Shown here: piece after piece, positions 57,486-64,000 of the stretch
Numbering within the stretch: the first letter of the stretch is position 1
Layout: every line of letters begins with the position of its first letter
Origin: Thermoproteota archaeon
GTDB taxonomy: Archaea; Asgardarchaeota; Jordiarchaeia; Jordiarchaeales; Freyrarchaeaceae
DNA length: 64,000 nucleotides
Reading direction: 5' to 3'
NCBI GenBank assembly: GCA_029258835.1
Contig: JAPDJY010000035.1
Location: 64,001 to 128,000 of the forward strand
Made by a program: the position numbers and the translations under genes
The notes under the pieces: generated by a model
The model's database searches: none
The model's input: only the letters and a program-made list of their open reading frames with translations
What the model was told of the DNA's origin: nothing

Positions 57486-58055
57486 TTAACTTTTCCTCTC
57501 CTCATTCTCTCCCCATCTTCTGTAAAGGGTGTGCGTGATCCCTAACATATCAAGTATTTTTCCCACTATGAAATTAACAAGATCCTCTATTTTCTTAGGG
57601 GAATGGTAGAAGGCCGGCATTGCTGGCAGGATTATTGCACCCGCTTTCTTTGCACGGGCCATGTTTTCTATGTGTGTCAGGTTTAAGGGTGTTTCCCTTG
57701 GTACAAGTATTAGGCGACGCCCTTCTGCAAGGGCGCAGTCGGCAGCCCTCCTTATTAGCGTATCTGCACATCCCGTGGCCACGGCAGCGAGGGTAGACAT
57801 TGAACATGGAACTATGACTACCGCATCTACAGGGTAGGAGCCGCTGGCCACAGGTGCTGTTAGGTCATTGTTGTCGAATACTTCCGAAGCCAGCCTGCAA
57901 AGTTCATCTATACTTCCTAGTTCAAGGTTAACTATCTTTTTTGCGGCCTCGGATACTATGAGAATCACCTCTTTACCCTTCTTTTTCAATTCTTCTAATA
58001 GCTTATACGCGTAAACTACACCGCTTGCCCCTGTTACGCCTACAACGATCCTCAA
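57486..58055 (-). CDS. ubiX: Flavin prenyltransferase
   Basis: GVTGASG, ASGS, PCSMSTL, RETPL and PAFYHSP motifs. Confidence 0.96.
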   Translation of the reverse strand: MRIVVGVTGASGVVYAYKLLEELKKKGKEVILIVSEAAKKIVNLELGSIDELCRLASEVFDNNDLTAPVASGSYPVDAVVIVPCSMSTLAAVATGCADTLIRRAADCALAEGRRLILVPRETPLNLTHIENMARAKKAGAIILPAMPAFYHSPKKIEDLVNFIVGKILDMLGITHTLYRRWGENEERKS

Positions 58056-59335
58056 GGTTTCCTCTCGCCTCCACCCTCTAATTCGTTGACGGGTTTAAGT
58101 AATGTTACGGTGACTTCCTCCCCTTCTTCGATGAAGCTTTGTCCAACTTTTATTTCTACGTATCCATGGGTGGATGAAAGGGTTGTTATGGCCTCTGAGC
58201 CTGTAGCTGTAGGGTACGCCTTCAGCTCTCCGTCCTCTAAAATGATTTTTACGGGTTTAAACTCGTGTCGCCCCTCCTCTGAGAACATTTTAACTGCAGC
58301 TTTGGCTTTAACTTTCCTCAGCTCTCTTCTGGGGAGCTGGGACCACTTTCTTATGAAGGGGTCAACGATAATGTAATAAACTAGAAGGGCTGAAGTAGGA
58401 TATCCTGGAAGCATGAAAACAGGCTTACCATGATAGGCGGCTATGACAGTCGGCTTCCCGGGCTTCATTGCTACTCCATGAATTAAGAAATCAGGCGTGA
58501 ATACTTCTCTAAGAGCGGAAGGAACAGCGTCTCCAGGACCTTTAGACGTTCCTCCAGAGAAGACTACTACATCACATGTTGCAAGAGCCTTCTTGAGTGC
58601 CTCTATAAGTTCTTCCCTATCATCTCTTATTATTCCCATATAAACTGGGTTTCCTCCCGAGTCCCGAACCGCGTTGATGAGGGTAACAGAGTTTACATCG
58701 TATATTTTCCCGGGTTTCAACTTTTCCCCTAGCCTGACTAATTCGTCTCCAGTACTTGCCACAGCGACCTTAAGCTTAGAGTAAACTTTGACTTTTTCAG
58801 CTCCTGTAGCGGCTATTGCACCTAAATCTTGAGGGGTTAACACTACCCCTTTTTTCAGGATGAGGGAGCCACGCTTTATGTCTCTTCCCTCATCGATTAT
58901 ATGTTCTCTTGGGGCTACTGCCCTGTAAACTTCCACTTCCCCCCCTTTCTCGATGGTGTACTCTACCATTACTACGGCGTCAGCTCCACTTGGAATTAAA
59001 CCCCCCGTGGCAACCCTTACACATTGACCTGGTGAAACATGAGGGGCCTCTTCCTGCCCTGCCCTTACTTCCCCGATAAGCCTCAAAACAACGGGATTTT
59101 CCTCCCCTGCTCCAAAAGTGTCCTTTGAGATTATGGCGTAGCCGTCCCGTGCAGCCCTTCTAAAATGCGGTACATTTATAGGTGATCTGAGGTCTTCAGC
59201 TAAAACTCTGCCTGAAGCTTGCTGGATAGGCACTTCCTCAACACCAGGTTTAACATTTAAACTATCGAGTTTAGCGAAAACCTCTTCTAGGGATGAAACG
59301 GAATAAAATAGCTCCTTCAAATCAATTACCTCCAA
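58052..59335 (-). CDS. moeA: Molybdopterin molybdo/tungstotransferase MoeA (paralog 2)
   Basis: GRVLAED, DGYA, ATGG..P.GADAVVMVE, STGDEL, SGGTS, KPGKP and LPGYP motifs. Confidence 0.95.
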   Translation of the reverse strand: MEVIDLKELFYSVSSLEEVFAKLDSLNVKPGVEEVPIQQASGRVLAEDLRSPINVPHFRRAARDGYAIISKDTFGAGEENPVVLRLIGEVRAGQEEAPHVSPGQCVRVATGGLIPSGADAVVMVEYTIEKGGEVEVYRAVAPREHIIDEGRDIKRGSLILKKGVVLTPQDLGAIAATGAEKVKVYSKLKVAVASTGDELVRLGEKLKPGKIYDVNSVTLINAVRDSGGNPVYMGIIRDDREELIEALKKALATCDVVVFSGGTSKGPGDAVPSALREVFTPDFLIHGVAMKPGKPTVIAAYHGKPVFMLPGYPTSALLVYYIIVDPFIRKWSQLPRRELRKVKAKAAVKMFSEEGRHEFKPVKIILEDGELKAYPTATGSEAITTLSSTHGYVEIKVGQSFIEEGEEVTVTLLKPVNELEGGGERKP

Positions 59336-59338
59336 AGT

Positions 59339-60631
59339 TCAGAAAACATGGAGGAAAAGCTTAACCTTAACCCTTTCTCCCTCTTCGATTCCCTCAGCCT
59401 CTTCAGGGACTTCAAGCACTCCATCAGCTTTAGTCATGCTGCTAAGTATGCCCGAGCCAGCCACCCTTAGTGGAATTGCGATCAGTTTTCCATCTCTCTC
59501 TTCAAGTTTAACCCTAACAAAGTCCCTTCTACCGAGAGACGAGGGGACACGCCTAGCCAAAACTGCTTCTACAACTGGTCTGGGGTCTATGTTTTTCGCC
59601 CCAAGCATCGACCTTATCGTAGGGGCCACAATGCTTTCAAAAGAGATCATGGCAGCTACCGGAAAACCTGGAAGGCAGAAAACAGGTTTCTGGTCAACTA
59701 TGAACACAGCTGTTGGCCCACCCGGCCTAATGGTTATCCCGTGTGCAATGCATTCTCCCCCCATTTCTGCTATGACCTCAGGCATGTAATCGTACTTACC
59801 CACGGAGGTTCCACCCGAGAAAACTGCTATGTCAAATTTTAGAGCTTCCTCCACTGTCCTCCTCAGCTTTCCCGGTTCGTCTGGTGTGACGCCTAGATAT
59901 GTGGGCTCGCCGCCGTAGATTCTAGTTAGACCGGCTAACACGTATTCGTTAGAAGCTACTATCTGGCCCACCTTTGGCTCTTCATCAGTCTCAACAAGCT
60001 CACTTCCGGTTGAAGATATTGCCACCTTTGGCTTCATAGAGACATTTACTTCGTTAATTCCGCATTGCAGAAGTAATCCTACTTCTTGGGGTCTTATCGT
60101 GGCGCCATCAGGCAACACGATGTCTCCTATCTTAACATCCTCGCCTTTACGCGAGACGTTTTGGTATGGTGTCACCGGCCTATAAACATGCACGTATCCT
60201 TCATGCACTGACGTGTACTCCACCATAACAACCGCGTCGGCGCCTTGCGGCATGGCTGCACCTGTAGATATGTGGACGGCCTCCCCTCGCTTAACCCTAT
60301 GTTTCACTGGTTCTCCAGCGAGTGCTTCACCTACAATCTTTAGCTTTGCAGGGTTCTCCTGACTGCACCCGAAGGTGTCTTCTGCCACCACGGCGTATCC
60401 ATCCATAGCAGCCCTATCAAAATGAGGTACGTCTCTTTTGGCTTCTACGCTGCCATAGGCTATTCGGCCTAGAGCTGAAATGGTGGGTATCTTCTCAGGG
60501 GGCATACGCGCCACTTTCTTAAGGAGAGCCTTTAAGACGTCGTCTAGCCTTCTTCTTTCTTGGAAGCCCTTCATCCTAACGTGTTTAGGCTTCAACCAGC
60601 TACCTCCAAATCGCTTTAGCTCACTCAACAT
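59339..60631 (-). CDS. moeA: Molybdopterin molybdo/tungstotransferase MoeA (paralog 1)
   Basis: FDRAAMDGYA, TGAAMPQGADAVVMVE, STGSEL, SGGTSVGKYD and LPGFP motifs; true start may be a few codons downstream. Confidence 0.95.
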   Translation of the reverse strand: MLSELKRFGGSWLKPKHVRMKGFQERRRLDDVLKALLKKVARMPPEKIPTISALGRIAYGSVEAKRDVPHFDRAAMDGYAVVAEDTFGCSQENPAKLKIVGEALAGEPVKHRVKRGEAVHISTGAAMPQGADAVVMVEYTSVHEGYVHVYRPVTPYQNVSRKGEDVKIGDIVLPDGATIRPQEVGLLLQCGINEVNVSMKPKVAISSTGSELVETDEEPKVGQIVASNEYVLAGLTRIYGGEPTYLGVTPDEPGKLRRTVEEALKFDIAVFSGGTSVGKYDYMPEVIAEMGGECIAHGITIRPGGPTAVFIVDQKPVFCLPGFPVAAMISFESIVAPTIRSMLGAKNIDPRPVVEAVLARRVPSSLGRRDFVRVKLEERDGKLIAIPLRVAGSGILSSMTKADGVLEVPEEAEGIEEGERVKVKLFLHVF

Positions 60632-61145
60632 GGTATATTATATGGTTAATCTCTGGGAGGATAAGCTTGGTCAACGCTATGTGAGCCGCGTTAGGTGAGC
60701 CGGGGAGGCAAAAAACCGGGACGCCACGGTATATTCCTGCCTCGGCGCGCGTAAGCATGGCTGCAGGACCTATTTCCTTGTAGCTTTCAAACCTTAAAAG
60801 TTCACCAAACCCAGGTATTTTCTTCTCGAGTAAGGGTAAAACCGCCTCTACCGTTACATCGCGTTTAGCGAGGCCCGTCCCCCCTGAAGCAACCACGACA
60901 TCTACTCCCTTGCTAATTGCGGTGTTAATGGCTTTAACTATGGCTTTTTTCTCGTCTGGAACTACTATTCTGAACTTAACGCGGTGTCCTGCTCTTTCAA
61001 CTAGTTCCTTTACGATTGGGGTGGTCTCGTCTGTGCTTTCTCCTCCTTGTTTCTCTTCCTTATAGCGTGTATCACTAACTATTATGAGAGCAAAGTCTAG
61101 TTTTTTCTTTATTCTATGTTTGTGGTGGGTTGGTTCAGCTTTCAA
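60621..61145 (-). CDS. moaB: Molybdopterin adenylyltransferase MoaB/Mog
   Basis: IVSD, VPDE, SGGTG..RDVTVEA, PGFGE and LPGSP motifs; start set at TTG 61145. Confidence 0.92.
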   Translation of the reverse strand: MKAEPTHHKHRIKKKLDFALIIVSDTRYKEEKQGGESTDETTPIVKELVERAGHRVKFRIVVPDEKKAIVKAINTAISKGVDVVVASGGTGLAKRDVTVEAVLPLLEKKIPGFGELLRFESYKEIGPAAMLTRAEAGIYRGVPVFCLPGSPNAAHIALTKLILPEINHIIYHVE

Positions 61146-61146
61146 T

Positions 61147-61590
61147 TTATCCACCAGCTTTAGATTTACTGATGACACGTATTTCCTCTATCATTGTTTC
61201 AGGATACTGCCCCCTCTCGTCTTTTTCGTACTGTTTACACATATCCCAGACTGCTAACAGAGACGCAGATACGGCGGTTAACGCCTCCATCTCCACTCCT
61301 GTTTTTCCTATAGACTTAACAACAGCTTTCACCTTGACGAAGCTTCCACCTACATCCACATTTATGCTAATGCTGGTTATAGGTATTGGATGGCAAAGGG
61401 GAACTAATTCTGGAGTTTTCTTAGCGGCTAGGATCCCTGCTATCTGTGCAACTGCAATTACATCTCCCTTCTCGATCCTTCCTTCCTTTATTAGCTTAGC
61501 AGTTTCTGGTTTAAGCCTTATTTTTCCTTCTGCCTCCGCCATCCTGAAGACATCCTTTTTCTTTCCTATGTCGACCATACTCACATGCAA
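61147..61590 (-). CDS. moaC: Cyclic pyranopterin monophosphate synthase
   Basis: MVDI..K, KGDV, LVPLCHP, TGVEMEAL, WDMCK and KAGG motifs. Confidence 0.96.
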   Translation of the reverse strand: MHVSMVDIGKKKDVFRMAEAEGKIRLKPETAKLIKEGRIEKGDVIAVAQIAGILAAKKTPELVPLCHPIPITSISINVDVGGSFVKVKAVVKSIGKTGVEMEALTAVSASLLAVWDMCKQYEKDERGQYPETMIEEIRVISKSKAGG

Positions 61591-61704
61591 TTTCCCAAAC
61601 CTCTTTAGTTGTCAGGTGAGAAACAGTTAATGGTTAGATTTAAACTGTTTTTCCATAGGATTTAACTAAGGGAACATTTTACAGGATCCGTCGAGAGTAG
61701 ACTA

Positions 61705-62508
61705 ATGGAGGGAAGGTGCTTAAAAGTGTTCATTTTCCAGTTTGTAGGGGTAGAACGGCATACAGGTAAAACGTGGAATATAGTTCAATTGATACGTGCA
61801 TTTAGAAGTAAGGGATTGAGGGTTGGAGTGGTTAAGCATGCCCACGGTTACGATCCATCCTTTGATCTTAAAAGCGAGACGGCTGGTAAGGACACTTTAC
61901 GGTTTATGGACGCTGGAGCGGTAGCTGCAGTTGCTGTAACTGAGCAGCTGACTGCAACGCTCACCGACGCTAAATCTTTAGATGAAGTAGTAAGGTCGTT
62001 AATGCCGCTGGTGGATGTGGTTTTCTTGGAGGGTTTCAGGGAAATCGGCGGCTACCCGCGGGTTATCGTTGCTAACAGCGTCGAGGAAGTAACCAGCCTT
62101 ATCTCAGATAAGGTCTTAGCTGTGACGGGAAGCGTCGCTGAAACCAGTTTTGACGAGATTAAAGAATTATATCCTACGGTTACTGTGGCTAGAAATGTAA
62201 ATGAGCTAGTAACCGTACTTTACGAGTTCATGGTTGAAGAGGTGGCACGAAGGGTTGGAGGGAAAGGATGTGGAGTTTGTGGATACCATAACTGTGAAGA
62301 GTTTATTAGGGCTCTTAGAGCAGGGGGGGCTAAACCAACAATGTGCCCTCAAATATCGCCAAGAGTTATGATCTACCTTGACGGAGAAAGGCTTTCCATA
62401 AACCCGTTTGTACAAAGCATCTTTGAAAACGTTTTGAAGGGTGTGTTAAAGACACTTAAAGGCGTAGGAAATCCTAAACGTATAGAGATAATAATAAATT
62501 CATTTTAA
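61705..62508 (+). CDS. mobB: Molybdopterin-guanine dinucleotide biosynthesis protein B with C-terminal FeS domain
   Basis: TGKT, VGVVKH, GKDT.RF, LEGF, CGVCGYHNC..C and NPFVQ motifs. Confidence 0.85.
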   Translation: MEGRCLKVFIFQFVGVERHTGKTWNIVQLIRAFRSKGLRVGVVKHAHGYDPSFDLKSETAGKDTLRFMDAGAVAAVAVTEQLTATLTDAKSLDEVVRSLMPLVDVVFLEGFREIGGYPRVIVANSVEEVTSLISDKVLAVTGSVAETSFDEIKELYPTVTVARNVNELVTVLYEFMVEEVARRVGGKGCGVCGYHNCEEFIRALRAGGAKPTMCPQISPRVMIYLDGERLSINPFVQSIFENVLKGVLKTLKGVGNPKRIEIIINSF

Positions 62509-62519
62509 TTTTTTGAGAT

Positions 62520-63368
62520 ATGTTCATGTTCTTGGTGATTTTGTTGCGTTACGCTGTTAAATTAGCTTATCTTGGGACGAACTATTTCGGTTTTCAACGT
62601 CAGCCTTCTAAGGTTACTGTAGAGTCTGTTCTGTTAGAAGGGTTACGTAGGGCGGGGATGATAGGATCGGTTAGAGAGGCAAAGTATGCTTCAGCAGGAA
62701 GAACGGATAGAGGCGTTCATGCCGTTAGCCAAGTTATTGCGTTCAACACGGACAAGGAACCATGTCTTCCCGTGCTAAATGCGTTCCTTCCAAGGGATGT
62801 ATGTTGCTGGGCTTACGCTGAGGTGCCAGAAGAGTTTAACCCTAGAAGAGACGCCCTAGTGAAAACTTACAGGTACTACGCTGTTTGGAGAGGAGAGAAT
62901 TTAAAAAGTATGAGGAAAGCAGCGTCCTTTTTAATCGGGACACACGACTTTAAGAACCTATGTAAGCCACGGGGAGGGGAGTCAACTGTTAGAACTCTTA
63001 AGGAAGTCAAGGTTGAAAAAGTCGGCATCTTTCTTTGCTTTACTCTTTCAGCTAGGAGCTTCCTGTGGAAAATGGCTAGGAAGATAGTTTCAGCTCTTCT
63101 CATGGTTGGCAGAGGCTCAAAACCTCCCGAATTTATTACTCGTCTCCTAGACCCTAATTTTAAAGTCCAGGAAGGAGTGGAGCCGGCTAAACCTGAAGGC
63201 TTAATCCTATATGATATAATGTACCCTTTCGAGTTTAAGGTTTGTGAGAAAAGCAAGAGAACTTTCCTAAAATACTTGAATGAAATGCTTTATAGCACAC
63301 TCACATTATCTGCCGTTTATGACACGTTACGGGAAAAGCTGTGCGGTTCTCCTCTTATTCTCCCATGA
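62520..63368 (+). CDS. truA: tRNA pseudouridine(38-40) synthase
   Basis: AYLGTNYFGFQRQ, AGRTDRGVHA, GTHDFKN and SFLWKMAR motifs; no interruption; start uncertain. Confidence 0.94.
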   Translation: MFMFLVILLRYAVKLAYLGTNYFGFQRQPSKVTVESVLLEGLRRAGMIGSVREAKYASAGRTDRGVHAVSQVIAFNTDKEPCLPVLNAFLPRDVCCWAYAEVPEEFNPRRDALVKTYRYYAVWRGENLKSMRKAASFLIGTHDFKNLCKPRGGESTVRTLKEVKVEKVGIFLCFTLSARSFLWKMARKIVSALLMVGRGSKPPEFITRLLDPNFKVQEGVEPAKPEGLILYDIMYPFEFKVCEKSKRTFLKYLNEMLYSTLTLSAVYDTLREKLCGSPLILP

Positions 63369-64000
63369 TTTCAAGGATCTCCTTAGCTCGTTCTTTTGAC
63401 ACAATCCTCTCGATCATTTTTGCGTCTAAGTTAAGCCATTTTGCTATGGCAGCAGCGATTTGAGGGTTACATTCAAAGATGAACTTAAGATATGGGAGGT
63501 AGGAGGCGAGAGCTTCCTTGGTGGAAACATGACACTTTTCACCTATTTTTCCTGCTATGGATGCAAGAGCTTCCCGGTTAGCCTTTGCTACACTCATACT
63601 TTTAACCCAGCTTGGAAACTGATACTTCACGAACTTACCTTTAGAGAACTCCCTAGATAATGATACACCAGCAGACATTAAGGTGAAAACGTACGTTAAT
63701 AACCCCCAATGCTGCCTGTTTCTAATTCTTCCAAGAAAAACGTCAGCCCTAGACAGCATATCATACGCGTTAGCCAACTCTGCAGGATGCTGCATGTGTT
63801 GCCATGTGTTTTCACATATCCACTGCATGAGCAAACTATAATCCACGTCGGCAGCAGACACGGCTGAAATTATGGCTTTCGCGGTTTTACCGTGAAAAAT
63901 GGCTCCAAGAACATCGAAGACACTTCTCTCTTGATCTCTTAAAGAAAGAATTTCCAAGTCTTCTATGGTGATTTTTCTTTTTCCTTCCGCTACTGCTTGA
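63355..64000 (-). CDS. rfcL: Replication factor C large subunit (5' part beyond window edge)
   Basis: RDQERSVF, WICEN, AYDMLSRADVFLGR...QHWGL and KCHVS motifs; frame open to the window end. Confidence 0.9.
   Translation of the reverse strand, partial: QAVAEGKRKITIEDLEILSLRDQERSVFDVLGAIFHGKTAKAIISAVSAADVDYSLLMQWICENTWQHMQHPAELANAYDMLSRADVFLGRIRNRQHWGLLTYVFTLMSAGVSLSREFSKGKFVKYQFPSWVKSMSVAKANREALASIAGKIGEKCHVSTKEALASYLPYLKFIFECNPQIAAAIAKWLNLDAKMIERIVSKERAKEILEIMGE

Overview
Chromosomal core-genome window from an archaeon, most likely an Asgard lineage (inferred from a eukaryote-like actin, a Roadblock/LC7 protein, TFE-beta, GINS-MCM and SepRS). It holds about 65 genes for transcription and replication, F420, flavin and molybdo/tungstopterin cofactor synthesis, a formylmethanofuran dehydrogenase-like cluster, tRNA/rRNA modification and nitrogen assimilation, plus one box C/D sRNA. 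No tRNA, rRNA, CRISPR array or intact mobile element was seen. The main finding is queE (37028-37882), which looks broken in the ORF track. It is interrupted by three micro-introns (23, 23 and 17 nt), each folding into a bulge-helix-bulge (BHB) motif. Cutting each at the canonical BHB position restores the QGEG, FIRFSGCN and CxxCDT motifs and a 263-aa frame, which points to a multi-intron mRNA spliced by the tRNA endonuclease. Other points: an Fwd cluster with substituted active-site residues, split by a copA fragment; an HdrB-HdrC fusion heading the glutamate synthase operon; a threonine synthase-wHTH fusion lacking the PLP lysine; a Dus-like gene inside the cof operon; a stand-alone rpoA' with an internal strand-composition switch; and three unannotated small or edge ORFs. 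All calls come from reading the sequence and recalled family motifs; no searches were run.
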